The notes under the pieces: generated by a model
The model's database searches: none
Seen by the model: only the letters and a program-made list of their open reading frames with translations
What the model was told of the DNA's origin: nothing
Position numbers and translations under genes: made by a program
Assembly (NCBI RefSeq): GCF_001468035.1
Contig: NZ_LNZA01000001.1
Span: forward strand, 1,275,313 to 1,307,312
Direction: 5' to 3'
DNA: 32,000 nt
From: Legionella tucsonensis
GTDB lineage: Bacteria > Pseudomonadota > Gammaproteobacteria > Legionellales > Legionellaceae
In this document: positions 10,419-20,434 of the stretch, one piece after another
How positions within the stretch are numbered: position 1 is the first letter of the stretch
How the letters are laid out: each line of letters opens with the position of its first letter

Positions 10419-12371
10419 CTATGTCAAGGGATTTTGATATAATTGTAAGTAACGAGTAGCTAGATGATATGAGGCATAATCAGTGATATGTCCAGAGTCG
10501 CGAAATACGGGTATACCATTAATATCTACGCTGCATTGACCTTTGAGACATTGCACCTTTTTAGGATCAATAATTATTAATTGAGTATATTTACTCTTTA
10601 GGCGTGAAAACAAATCATCCTGCCAATTAGACTCACCTTTAAAATTACATTCTTTGGAGTTATATTTTTTTCTTTGTTTTATATGGTTAAAAAAACAATC
10701 ATAAGCATCATAACGTGCTTGAACTGTCTTTACTAAAACGGGTCTCGCTCCAGAGGTAATAATGATTCGCAATGCGCTGTCTAATGCTTTTTCAATTCGA
10801 CTTTTAGTCAACTCAACGGACTCATTTTTGATGAGTTTCCCACTTAGATATCCTTCCCAGTTTTGCGCCAGGATTACAAAGTTATAGTGATTTTTCCTGA
10901 TCATGTTGTAATACCGTTTAGTTTGCTCATGGCACGCTGTATAGACCTCTTTATTCCAATCGTATTGATAGATTCCTGGTAAAGAAAGGCATGCTGCAGT
11001 CGAATGAGTCTGAATAGATAAGTTGGCTTTTTGTGCAAGAACATCAATGAAACCCCATAAATGATTGGCATGAGAATCACCAAACAAAAAACCTATTTTG
11101 CTATTTGAGTTATTGGCACCAAGAACACATAGGGCGTTCACTTCAACGTTTTTTTCCTGGAGACACAAGGGCCTCTGTAGGTAGGCGTATCGTTTTAACT
11201 GCATGTTAATATTAGCCATTTCCTTAAAACGTTCAGGGTATCCTTCATATTTTTTGATTGCGTAGTCACTCGCGTGGGTTAAGAGAATAGGAAATATGAG
11301 TAAATAAGTTAAGCTATAGCCAAATTTCAGTTTGTGAAACTTGCGTGTTGGCTTTTCAATAAATCGCCAAGAAAAATAAGAGATAATAAAAATCAAAGTA
11401 AATGTACATAATAAAACGGGGACTGTTTCTTCAATTTGCAAATAGCGAAGAAATGCCAATACAGGCCAATGCCAAATATATAACGAGTATGAAAGCAGCC
11501 CTATTCCGACTATAGGCCTCATGGAAAGCAGTCGGATTAGAATTGATTGAGGATGATATTTTCCCGAAATTATAAGTGCGGCTGTTGCACAACACAAAAC
11601 AACAGCATATCCGTTAGGAAAACCTACATTAATATTTTCATGCGTTGCTATATAAAATAAGGTTAAAATAGCAACAGCGCTTAGCAAATCTAAAAAAAAT
11701 TTATTTAATGAAAGTCGATTTTGACTAAATACAATGCATGAACCGATTAAAAACTCAAAAAACCGGCTTGATAAATGATAGTAGTTTTTTGCTGGTTCCT
11801 TTGCAGAAAAGAATAAAGCTAAAACTAAAAAAAACAGAGTAAGTAAGTAGATGATTTTTGCAGTATATTTTTTATTAATTCGACAAAGGCAGTAAATCAT
11901 TGCAGGCAAAATTAAATAGCATTGCCATTCTATAGATAACGACCAAGAATGTAATAAAGGTAATTGGCTTATATTTGGTGAAAAATAACCTTTTGTTATG
12001 CGTTCAAAAAAAGTATTTGAAATAAAAAAAGAGGCTTTACGAGCACTTTTAGAATATTGAATCAAATCTTCAGGCAAATAAAAAATTAAAGTAAAAAGAA
12101 TGGTGCTCACTATCAAACAAATCAATACTGGCTGTAAGCGCCACAATCTTCGACTATAAAAATCAATAAAAGAAAAACGATTGTCTTGTAATGAATTATG
12201 AATAATATTAGTGATTAAAAATCCGGAAATAACAAAAAATACATCAACGCCGATAAATCCTGAGGGAAATAATTTGAATCCTGCATGAAAAAATAAAACA
12301 AATAAAATAGCAACAGCTCTCAAACCATCAATATCTGGCCTATACTCATTCTTCAATATATATCCACTCAT
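10419..12371 (-). CDS. OafA/YrhL-type acyltransferase (acyltransferase 3) with C-terminal SGNH-like domain
   Basis: EYRPDIDGLRAVAILFVLFFHAGF, FIGVDVFFVISGFLITNII, YIWHWPVLAFLRY, and SGNH-like text GFLFGDSHANHLWGF plus DSGHITDYAS. Confidence 0.93.
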   Translation of the reverse strand: MSGYILKNEYRPDIDGLRAVAILFVLFFHAGFKLFPSGFIGVDVFFVISGFLITNIIHNSLQDNRFSFIDFYSRRLWRLQPVLICLIVSTILFTLIFYLPEDLIQYSKSARKASFFISNTFFERITKGYFSPNISQLPLLHSWSLSIEWQCYLILPAMIYCLCRINKKYTAKIIYLLTLFFLVLALFFSAKEPAKNYYHLSSRFFEFLIGSCIVFSQNRLSLNKFFLDLLSAVAILTLFYIATHENINVGFPNGYAVVLCCATAALIISGKYHPQSILIRLLSMRPIVGIGLLSYSLYIWHWPVLAFLRYLQIEETVPVLLCTFTLIFIISYFSWRFIEKPTRKFHKLKFGYSLTYLLIFPILLTHASDYAIKKYEGYPERFKEMANINMQLKRYAYLQRPLCLQEKNVEVNALCVLGANNSNSKIGFLFGDSHANHLWGFIDVLAQKANLSIQTHSTAACLSLPGIYQYDWNKEVYTACHEQTKRYYNMIRKNHYNFVILAQNWEGYLSGKLIKNESVELTKSRIEKALDSALRIIITSGARPVLVKTVQARYDAYDCFFNHIKQRKKYNSKECNFKGESNWQDDLFSRLKSKYTQLIIIDPKKVQCLKGQCSVDINGIPVFRDSGHITDYASYHLATRYLQLYQNPLT

Positions 12372-13324
12372 TTATTACATTGGTGCTGCTGCTTATTGGT
12401 TTTGGCAACTGTTATCTCCCAATCAGGACCTGAGCCAATCGCGTGAACCTTAGTAAAATCACCTTGATTTCTTGCTATTGACAAATGAAGCAAACTATTT
12501 AAATAAAGTAAGTCCGAACCTTTCAGAACTTCACCAAAAGTTTTTTTATAAGGCAATAGACCCTCAAATTTATCATGCTTATTGTAATAGATTTTTACCT
12601 TATAACATTCATTAGCCTTAAAATTATATTTTTCTAGCAATTGTTTATCAATGTTAGTCCAAACGTTTCCATATTGAGAATCAAGAATGACTATTGTGCC
12701 ACGCAATATATTATTTTCGATGACAGCCTTTTGGTAAGGAATCTTTACTATAGGTTCATTAAGTTTAGGCCCTACCTCTTCAAATGAAATTTGACCCGAA
12801 GCGAGTTTGGCTGCAGTATAACCATACACATCTCTCCCAAAAAAGGTATATGATGAACTTGATTCTTTTAAACGGTTCTTGTTTTCATCAATTTCACGGA
12901 CTTCTTTGATTCCAAATGCATCATCCACCATGGTCAACGTTCCATTATCTGGAGTTACAAAATATTGACCATTATTTGTTAAAGCAACTACAGATCGCCG
13001 TTTGGTTCCAACACCAGGATCAACGACACTTACAAATACAGAGTTTTTGGGCCAATACGGGGCTGTTTGGTAAAGGCGGTATGATGCTTCCCAAATATTA
13101 TAAGCGGGTATGTGATGAGTTAAATCTGAAATTATCAGAGAAGGATCAACAGTGTACATTACTCCTTTTACCTCACTTACGGCTCCATCTCGCATGCCAA
13201 AATCGCTTTGGAATACAATAATGCCTGATTTTGCCCAACTCATTGATGAACAAAAAACTAGAATCAGTAAAAAAATAATTAAATTGGAGGATAGATTATT
13301 TATTTTGATCATTGATGTATGCAT
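12368..13324 (-). CDS. S-adenosyl-L-methionine hydroxide adenosyltransferase family (DUF62, fluorinase/chlorinase superfamily), apparently exported
   Basis: IIVFQSDFGMRDGAVSEVKGVM, VVDPGVGTKRRSVVA, YFVTPDNGTL, TFFGRDVYGYTAAKLASG, and C-terminal DSQYGNVWTNI. N-terminal hydrophobic signal-like NLIIFLLILVFCSSMSWA. Start could be the internal ATG near 13312. Confidence 0.87.
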   Translation of the reverse strand: MHTSMIKINNLSSNLIIFLLILVFCSSMSWAKSGIIVFQSDFGMRDGAVSEVKGVMYTVDPSLIISDLTHHIPAYNIWEASYRLYQTAPYWPKNSVFVSVVDPGVGTKRRSVVALTNNGQYFVTPDNGTLTMVDDAFGIKEVREIDENKNRLKESSSSYTFFGRDVYGYTAAKLASGQISFEEVGPKLNEPIVKIPYQKAVIENNILRGTIVILDSQYGNVWTNIDKQLLEKYNFKANECYKVKIYYNKHDKFEGLLPYKKTFGEVLKGSDLLYLNSLLHLSIARNQGDFTKVHAIGSGPDWEITVAKTNKQQHQCNK

Positions 13325-13701
13325 TTATTTTTCATAGGCATCATAATAAAACAGCTAATCCATTACGGTCCATACCTAAAACTTATTTTGTTTCCCTTTT
13401 TATATAAGTTATTAGCACAGGTAAACTAATAGCTGTATTCGAAGCTTATGTAAATCAATATTGCTGGCTAATCAAAAAAAATTTCATTATCAGGAGTTGC
13501 CTTCGGACCTTTAGTTTTATAATGTTTGAAAACGGGTAGTGAATTTAGTTACTGCCTTAATTTCTGTTATCATTGATGTGTTTGTCTTTACCCATAATAA
13601 AAAATACAAGTGCTTTAAATTTATAAAGAATCGATTTTATTTGACAAATCAACTGATTATAACTATCTTTGAATTGTGCAATGCAACATAAGGAGATGCT
13701 A

Positions 13702-14385
13702 ATGAAAAACGAATTTTTTGAGCAAAAAATGTTTAACAATTTTGAAGCTCCAATGCAAAAACTAATGGAGCTCAATGTTAAAATGATGCAAAACCTATCT
13801 TTAATGAAGCCAATGGATTTATTAAGCCTAAAGAAACCAGAAGATATTTTTGAGAGAAATATGGAACTATTTATCCAAAATAGTCATATGACTCTAAATT
13901 ATATGAGGGAAACGTTCAATATTCTTGAGCATCATTGGTTCAATGTTTCTCGAAATATGGATCAAAATACTAAAAAAGCAATAAATGAAGCTTCATCTTC
14001 CATGAAAAAAAGCATAAAAACAACTGCTAAGACTGTAGCTAAAAAAGCTACTTCTTCTGCAAAAAAAGCGGGTTCCGCAGCTAAAAAAGTCGCATCTTCT
14101 GCAAAAAAAGCTTCGCCTGCGCCTAAAAAAGCATCTTCACCTGCGAAAAAGGCAAGTGCCAAAAAAAATACTAAGGCTGCTGCGCCAAAGACAAACTTTA
14201 AACAAGCAGCTAAAAGTACTCCAGCTAAATCAACTGTAATGCATGCCAAAGTAACAACAAATCAAAATGCACCAAAAATGACTGCTGAGAGCCCTATGCC
14301 AAAGGTAGGTAGCATGGCTGAAAAAAGCGGAGTTAAAGATCTTGGCATTCAAAATATAAATAAAAGTAATTCCATGCCAAACTAA
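13702..14385 (+). CDS. Phasin-like protein with Lys/Ala/Pro-rich histone H1-like C-terminal tail
   Basis: N-terminal amphipathic helical region (NFEAPMQKLMELNVKMMQNLSLM...NYMRETFNILEHHW) resembling phasins, then repeats KKATSSAKKAGSAAKKVASSAKKASPAPKKASSPAKKASAKK. AAGGAG at 13690-13695 upstream of the ATG at 13702. Confidence 0.72.
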   Translation: MKNEFFEQKMFNNFEAPMQKLMELNVKMMQNLSLMKPMDLLSLKKPEDIFERNMELFIQNSHMTLNYMRETFNILEHHWFNVSRNMDQNTKKAINEASSSMKKSIKTTAKTVAKKATSSAKKAGSAAKKVASSAKKASPAPKKASSPAKKASAKKNTKAAAPKTNFKQAAKSTPAKSTVMHAKVTTNQNAPKMTAESPMPKVGSMAEKSGVKDLGIQNINKSNSMPN

Positions 14386-14411
14386 ATTCCAGATGAACAA
14401 CAGTTGAACCT

Positions 14412-14441
14412 AAAGAGCCCCCACGTCAGCGGAGGCTCTTT
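14412..14441. terminator. Hairpin between convergent genes, probable (bidirectional) terminator
   Basis: AAAGAGCC...GGCTCTTT with additional inner CC/GG pairing, located 26 bp after the phasin-like stop. Confidence 0.6.
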
Positions 14442-14656
14442 GGTATTAAGAAATTGACTTTATAAATTATTTGTTACCACATTTAGAGTTTTTTCTAATA
14501 TCTTGCGTTTAGATTTCGTATTTAAAATATTTAATAAAAAATGTTTTTGTAAATTTAGGATTTTTGATATTTTCTCTGATAAATTCTGTTTCAAAACCAC
14601 ATTTTTATAAAAATCGGGTGCTTGGAATACACATGTTTACTATGTTAACTCATTAT

Positions 14657-16036
14657 TTACGATAATATGTTCGGATTAAGATTAGGTAACATCGTTTGCA
14701 GTTCTTTTGCCAGGGAGTATAGCTGCAAGTCATTCCCTTGAGCAGCCCCCAATTGTATTGATACTGGAAATTGATGATGCATCATAATAGGAAGAGTCAT
14801 TGCCGGTAGGCCAGCTTGATTAAATATTGAAGTAAATGGAGAAAACTCTACATTTTTCTGCAAGTAGTTCTCAAATTCGTCATCAGTTCTTAATTCATTT
14901 ATAAATAAAGGAAGCTGAGCTAGAGCCGGGGTTAATATGATATCATTTTGATTTAGCAAGTGATGTAATGGTTGAGTAAGCTGATATAAATTGTTTTTTG
15001 CAATGAGATATTCATAAGAAGAAATAGTTTGTCCACGCTGATAAAATTCCCAGGTAACTGGTTCGAGCTCATCACGCATTGCTTTTCTTCCTAATTGAGT
15101 TTCTTGAAGTTTAATCGTTGTATATGTATTTGCTGAAATAAGAGTAATCACGCAATCACCAATAGCATTAATATCCAACGCTAAATATTTCTTCTTAATT
15201 GTATGGCCGGCTTTTTCTAATAGCTCTTTAACTTTACTTACTGCCTCAAGGCAAGGAATTGCAATAGGTACTGATGCAAAAACGCCCTCTAAGCAAAGAA
15301 TATTCAATGACTTTTTATCAGCGGGAAGAGGGCGCACACGGAATTGATCTGCTAATTGATTGAATAATGCTTCTGAATCTCTAAGCGAACGTGTTAAGAC
15401 AAAATTTACTGCTAAACCAGACCATAATTCATTAGTCAAAGGGCCTGTTGGTGTTAAACCTGTGGTCGGTTTAAATCCCAATAAGCCGCAACACGCAGCA
15501 GGTATTCTAATGGAACCACCTCCATCGCTTGCCGTGGCAACAGGAGTAATACCCGCTGCAACTGCAGCTGCCGAACCGCCTGAAGAGCCGCCAGAAGTTC
15601 TATTGGGATCATAAGGATTACGGCATGGACCCAATAAAACAGATTCAGTAACATAAGAAAGACCCAGCTCTGGTGTATTCGTTTTCGCAATAGGTATAAA
15701 ACCCAATGAAATCATTTTACTCACGAAATCACTAGTAAATGGAGCAACGTTAGTAGCAAAAAAGCGTGATCCTTCCGTACTGCGGATTCCTGTAATGGAA
15801 TGTCCTAAGTCTTTAATTAATAAAGGAACGCCATAGTAAGGCTCATTACCACTCAGTTTTTTTAGGCATTTTTTTGCGAAATCAGAACAGTCAGTAACAA
15901 TCGCATTGAGGGTAGGATTGACTTCATGTAAGCGTGAAAGAGCACAATCCATGGCTTCAACAGGGCTAATTTCACCTGTTTTGATCCTTGTTGCCAATTC
16001 AATTGTATCGCACTGAAGATATTCTTTTAATAACAT
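14657..16036 (-). CDS. Amidase (amidase signature family, GatA/AmiE-like)
   Basis: GVPLLIKDLGHS, PIAKTNTPELG, GPCRNPYDPNRTSGGSSGGSAAAVAAGITPVATASDGGGSIRIPAACCGLLGFKPTTG: Lys-cisSer-Ser catalytic triad signature. Confidence 0.95.
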   Translation of the reverse strand: MLLKEYLQCDTIELATRIKTGEISPVEAMDCALSRLHEVNPTLNAIVTDCSDFAKKCLKKLSGNEPYYGVPLLIKDLGHSITGIRSTEGSRFFATNVAPFTSDFVSKMISLGFIPIAKTNTPELGLSYVTESVLLGPCRNPYDPNRTSGGSSGGSAAAVAAGITPVATASDGGGSIRIPAACCGLLGFKPTTGLTPTGPLTNELWSGLAVNFVLTRSLRDSEALFNQLADQFRVRPLPADKKSLNILCLEGVFASVPIAIPCLEAVSKVKELLEKAGHTIKKKYLALDINAIGDCVITLISANTYTTIKLQETQLGRKAMRDELEPVTWEFYQRGQTISSYEYLIAKNNLYQLTQPLHHLLNQNDIILTPALAQLPLFINELRTDDEFENYLQKNVEFSPFTSIFNQAGLPAMTLPIMMHHQFPVSIQLGAAQGNDLQLYSLAKELQTMLPNLNPNILS

Positions 16037-16104
16037 TAAGTACCTGCATGCATTGAAAATCCAGGAACAATAAAAATTGCCCCCGGATTGATGTTATAAA
16101 TAAC

Positions 16105-16545
16105 TCATTCTTCATGACATTTTTTAAATTTTTCTGCCATTTTTTCTTCCTTCTTTTTCATTTTGTTTTGTAGTTCTGTTTTTTGCTCTGGATTAAGGAC
16201 TGCATAAATTTGATTTTTTGCTTCTATCTTGGCTTTAATCATATCACCCATGAGCTTTGTTTTTTTATCAATTAAGTCGTCAACTGTTGATTGGTCCATA
16301 GATGCCGATTCAGCTTGTTGATGGAGTTGTTTACTTAAATCTCTCATCTGTTCTCCATTATTTTTCATTGTCGCTTTAAGTTTTTCTAAAATCGGTTTTA
16401 TTTTAGATTTCTGGCTTTCATCAAGTTTTAGCGACTCAACCATGTTTTTTAGTCTTTCTTTACATTCTCCTGAATGTGCTAAAACTACTGGACTGAGTGC
16501 CAACGCAAATGCAAATACAGCAGTCTGTACCATTTTTTTATACAT
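16105..16545 (-). CDS. Periplasmic CpxP/Spy-like helical protein
   Basis: Signal peptide (MYKKMVQTAVFAFALALSPVVLAHS), charged helical body with LKLDESQKSKIKPILEKLK and VLNPEQKTELQ (LTxxQ-like motifs). Confidence 0.65.
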   Translation of the reverse strand: MYKKMVQTAVFAFALALSPVVLAHSGECKERLKNMVESLKLDESQKSKIKPILEKLKATMKNNGEQMRDLSKQLHQQAESASMDQSTVDDLIDKKTKLMGDMIKAKIEAKNQIYAVLNPEQKTELQNKMKKKEEKMAEKFKKCHEE

Positions 16546-16743
16546 GATATTTCCTTTCCTTAGTTAGTGTTAAAATCATAATTTAGTATAGATGGTCTAG
16601 ACGATTTTTGTGAAAAAAATATTTTATATACACAACAAGTGGATAGGGCATGGGCAGGTATTTACTACCCCCTTCATTTTTCAAATAAGCTCCATTCCCT
16701 TAGAATAGTTGCGATAACAATGGAATAAATAAGGAAATTAAAA

Positions 16744-18300
16744 TTGCATAGAACGCCAAAAAATCTTTTCACATACAGTTCATTAATAATATCGGTTATT
16801 TTTTTTCAAAGCTCGTTTTCCTGCAACATAGATCCTGTTAATTTGCAGGTAACACAATATATTGATAAAAGCTGGAATCGATTGACCCGTGACAACTGGA
16901 TTCAATCCAGTGTTGATCCAAAATTATTAACTGATGAATTTATTGTATACCTACCTGAATCAGAACTAATCGAAAAAATTAAAGAAAACAATATAAAATT
17001 AGTCAACAAAGTTAACTTTGAATATTTACCAAAAAATTATGCTCACATAAAAAAGCATGGATTGCTTTATTTACCTCATCCCTATGTGGTTCCTGGTGGA
17101 CGATTTAATGAAATGTATGCTTGGGATAGTTTTTTTATTGAGTTAGGATTACTAGAAAGCAATCGATTAAATCTTGCAAAAAATATGGTAGATAACTTAA
17201 TTTATGAGGTCGTTAATTATGGGATCGTTTTAAATGCCAATCGCACTTATTATTTAGGACGTACACAACCTCCCGTGTTAACTGAAATGATACTCGCTTA
17301 CTATAACAAGGATCCTGATAAACTTTGGTTAAAATCCACTTTACCAGCCATTGAAAAATTATATCATCATTGGACATCCCCACCTCGTGCAATTCCACAT
17401 ATTGGGTTATCACGATATTACTCAGGTGGGGCAGGGCAAACCCCTGAGGAATCACCTATCTATTATGCAAAAGTGATAAACTATTTTAGAACACATTATA
17501 TAAGTGATTATGATAAAGCTCTTTTTTATGACCCACAAAACAATAAATTAACACCTCTTTTTTATGTTGCGGATCGTACAATTCGGGAATCAGGTTTTGA
17601 TATTACAGCCAAATATGGTCCATTTGGCGCCGGGATATTGGATTTTGCACCAGTAGATTTAAATGTTTTGCTGTATCAAATGGAGCGTGATACACAAAAA
17701 ATCTACAAAATCCTGGGTAAAGATAACGAAGCCATAAAATGGCAGGCTCGCGCCGAAATGCGCGCTAAATATATAAATCAATATTTATGGGATGAATCAA
17801 CTGGTTATTATTTAGATTATGACTTCAAAAAGAAAAAACGTAAATATTATCCCTTTGCTACCACTTTTTATCCTTTGTGGGCTGGAATCGCCTCTAAGGA
17901 ACAAGCTGCCGCAGTAGTAAAACATATACCGGATTTATTAATGAAAGGTGGTATTGTTACAAGCATTAATAATTCCGGACTGCAATGGGATGCTCCCTTT
18001 GGATGGGCTCCATTGCAATATTTTGCAGTTTTGGGGCTTGAACGATATGGCTATAAAAGATTTGCAATTGAAGTGGCTGCTAAATTTATTAACACAGTAA
18101 ATAGAGGATTTCAAAGAAATCACGCTATTTTTGAAAAATATGATGTGAGTACAATAAGCACTCGCACCGATAATAAAATTAAATACAGTTATGCTACCAA
18201 TGAAATTGGTTTTGGTTGGACCAATGGTGTTTATTTAATTTTTATCAAATTTCTTGAACAATATGACAATGAGTTCAATTCGAGTGGATGTCATGTGTAA
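16744..18300 (+). CDS. Trehalase (GH37), exported
   Basis: Trehalase signatures PGGRFNEMYAWDSFFIELGLL and QWDAPFGWAPLQYF, and N-terminal hydrophobic export signal. TTG start preceded by AAGGAA. Confidence 0.92.
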   Translation: MHRTPKNLFTYSSLIISVIFFQSSFSCNIDPVNLQVTQYIDKSWNRLTRDNWIQSSVDPKLLTDEFIVYLPESELIEKIKENNIKLVNKVNFEYLPKNYAHIKKHGLLYLPHPYVVPGGRFNEMYAWDSFFIELGLLESNRLNLAKNMVDNLIYEVVNYGIVLNANRTYYLGRTQPPVLTEMILAYYNKDPDKLWLKSTLPAIEKLYHHWTSPPRAIPHIGLSRYYSGGAGQTPEESPIYYAKVINYFRTHYISDYDKALFYDPQNNKLTPLFYVADRTIRESGFDITAKYGPFGAGILDFAPVDLNVLLYQMERDTQKIYKILGKDNEAIKWQARAEMRAKYINQYLWDESTGYYLDYDFKKKKRKYYPFATTFYPLWAGIASKEQAAAVVKHIPDLLMKGGIVTSINNSGLQWDAPFGWAPLQYFAVLGLERYGYKRFAIEVAAKFINTVNRGFQRNHAIFEKYDVSTISTRTDNKIKYSYATNEIGFGWTNGVYLIFIKFLEQYDNEFNSSGCHV

Positions 18301-18321
18301 TACACGGAAATAGAAGTAAAA

Positions 18322-18361
18322 TATCGTTCACTTTATAAACATTTTAATAATGTGAACGATA
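18322..18361. terminator. Inverted repeat between convergent trehalase and formate dehydrogenase genes
   Basis: TATCGTTCAC (18322-18331) and GTGAACGATA (18352-18361) are perfect reverse complements with a 20-nt AT-rich spacer. Confidence 0.45.
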
Positions 18362-18378
18362 GTTCATTTACAAAATAT

Positions 18379-19563
18379 CTATGCTTCTACAACGCCTAAA
18401 TTTGCGTTATCTACAGTATATGAGTGAGCACCTGTTCCAGCAAACCTGCCTTTATCCACAATAAGGTATACATCACGAATAGGGCGTCCTTCTAGCCAAC
18501 ACTCCAAAATTTCACGTGTCCCTGCAGCATAACGCGCTTGCGCGGACAGAGAACTTCCAGAAACATGCGGGGTCATACCATGATGAGGCATTGTTCGCCA
18601 CGGATGGTCTTTAGGTGCAGGTTGTGGAAACCATACATCACCTGCATAGCCAGCAAGTTGACCCTTTTCACAGGCATTCACCACTGCTTCGCGATTACAT
18701 ATTTTTCCTCGAGCAGTATTGATTAAATAAGATCCGCGGTTCATTTTATTAATCAAGTGCTCGTCAAATAAATTTTCAGTTTCAGGTGTTAAAGGGCAGT
18801 TAATAGTTACTACATCGCACGCTTGGACCAGAGATTCAACATGATTATGAAAAACAAGGCCTAACTCTTTTTCGGTTTTCTCCGGTAATCGATGACGATC
18901 GGTATAATGCAGCTTAACATCAAAAGGCTTTAAGCGTTTCATGACTGCCAAGCCAATACGTCCACACGCGACGGAACCTACCGTCATTCCTTCCAGATCG
19001 TATGAGCGCACAACACAGTCAGCGATATTCCATCCTTTTTGAATAACCCATTGATTCGATGGCAAATAATTACGTACCAAAGAGAGGATCATCATGACCA
19101 CATGCTCAGCGACACTGATACTGTTTGAATAGGTTACTTCAGCGACTGTAATGTTATTTTCTTTTGCTGCTTGCAAGTCCACATGATCAGAACCAATACC
19201 CGCTGTAATTACCAATTTCAATTTTTTTGCTTTAGCAATTCGTTCAGGGGTTAAATAAGCCGGCCAAAAAGGTTGGGAAATGATAACATCAGCATCAAGT
19301 AATTCTTTTTCAAAAACAGAATTTGGACCTTCCTTATCTGAAGTCACCACAAATTGGTGTCCTTGTGCTTCAAGAAATTGACGTAAACCCAACTCACCAG
19401 ATACTGAACCAAGCAAAGTACCTGGTTTAAAATCAAGATATCTCGGTGTAGGTGCATTTTGTCCATCAGGGTAGTGTTCTATTTTGGGAAGTGTATCCCG
19501 TGCATAGTACTTGGGATACCCATTAATTGGATCATCATAGAGAATGCAAAGAACTTTAGCCAT
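18379..19563 (-). CDS. NAD-dependent formate dehydrogenase (D-2-hydroxyacid dehydrogenase superfamily)
   Basis: MAKVLCILYDDPINGYPKYYARD, ITAGIGSDHVDLQAA, NSISVAEHVVMMILSLVRN, TVGSVACGRIGLAVMKRLKPFDVKLHYTDRHRLP, YAGDVWFPQPAPKDHPWRTMPHHGMTPHVSG. Start corrected to the ATG at 19563. Confidence 0.93.
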   Translation of the reverse strand: MAKVLCILYDDPINGYPKYYARDTLPKIEHYPDGQNAPTPRYLDFKPGTLLGSVSGELGLRQFLEAQGHQFVVTSDKEGPNSVFEKELLDADVIISQPFWPAYLTPERIAKAKKLKLVITAGIGSDHVDLQAAKENNITVAEVTYSNSISVAEHVVMMILSLVRNYLPSNQWVIQKGWNIADCVVRSYDLEGMTVGSVACGRIGLAVMKRLKPFDVKLHYTDRHRLPEKTEKELGLVFHNHVESLVQACDVVTINCPLTPETENLFDEHLINKMNRGSYLINTARGKICNREAVVNACEKGQLAGYAGDVWFPQPAPKDHPWRTMPHHGMTPHVSGSSLSAQARYAAGTREILECWLEGRPIRDVYLIVDKGRFAGTGAHSYTVDNANLGVVEA

Positions 19564-19763
19564 GCATTTTTCCTTAAATAAAATGGTTAAATTGAATTTC
19601 AACGTCCAAGTTTCTAGCACGAACAAGTGACACAGATGATAGAAACATTTAACTTAGCATTGTAAGTCCTAATCAATACTAAAATCATAGGATTAACATA
19701 ATGAATTTATTCTGTTAACTTGTAAACTATTATCGCTAAATAAATTTTTTGATGATGTTCTAT

Positions 19764-19788
19764 AAAAGACTCATATCGCTATGAGTCT
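19764..19788 (-). terminator. Rho-independent terminator for the minus-strand gene ending at 19807
   Basis: Perfect 9-bp stem AGACTCATA/TATGAGTCT (19767-19775 / 19780-19788) with 4-nt loop, followed by TTTTATA on the minus strand. Confidence 0.7.
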
Positions 19789-19806
19789 CTCTCAGATAAT
19801 CGCTAA

Positions 19807-20133
19807 CTAGGGATTATATCCTCGTTTTTGCTCTAGATTAGATTGCTCACCTTTTATTTCTAATCCTGGATACTCCTTTTTTAGCACCGCAATAGCGTCT
19901 TGAGCAAACTCTGGGGTAATGGTTATTTTTAACCGCTCTGAATGTAATTGCCCAATTGATTCCACAAAAAATTGCTTGCCGTTTTCAAAAGAATGTTGCT
20001 TTTTACTTTGATCGTTGCAAATTGCTAAAAGTGCATGATATCCAAAAATCATATCTCCAACTTTATCTAATGTTCCATCTCTCATAACTAGAGAACCATT
20101 ACCTTGTAGTTCAACTGTTGTTTTATATTTCAT
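19807..20133 (-). CDS. Small hypothetical protein
   Basis: Start at 20133 (MKYKTTVELQGNG) preceded by GAGGAAG, and followed by a hairpin terminator. Confidence 0.6.
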   Translation of the reverse strand: MKYKTTVELQGNGSLVMRDGTLDKVGDMIFGYHALLAICNDQSKKQHSFENGKQFFVESIGQLHSERLKITITPEFAQDAIAVLKKEYPGLEIKGEQSNLEQKRGYNP

Positions 20134-20434
20134 TATCTTCCTCGTTTTTGCTCTGTCTGAATATAATTTTAGCACTTTTAAAAAAATATTTGACTTATTT
20201 TTTAGGTAAAAAACTTTATCTTAGACAAAAAATAAATTTAATATGATGAATTTTTAAAAAATTATTGAACAAAACAAATATTGCTGCACCTGATTACAGA
20301 TAAGATCGGATAATAGTCAAGTAGAGCAGGGTAAGATACAATAATTCTATTGATTGAAATAAAAAATCTAAGAGTGAATATAACATATGGTTTCTGTGAA
20401 TATTCTAAGAAAAGGGACGTTCAGGTCTTAGCTT

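Noticed and set aside
13962-14249. 95-aa minus-strand ORF antisense to the phasin-like gene
   Set aside because: It is the mirror of the Lys/Ala-rich repeat (AAAGCT.. codons), giving a low-complexity Phe/Ala translation. It is a composition artefact.
15360-15690. ORFs 15360-15614 (+) and 15454-15690 (-) in the amidase gene
   Set aside because: Both overlap the well-supported amidase reading frame. Glu/Pro-rich or degenerate translations show no independent signal.
18538-18726. Plus-strand ORF in the formate dehydrogenase gene
   Set aside because: Shadow ORF opposite a conserved dehydrogenase coding region.
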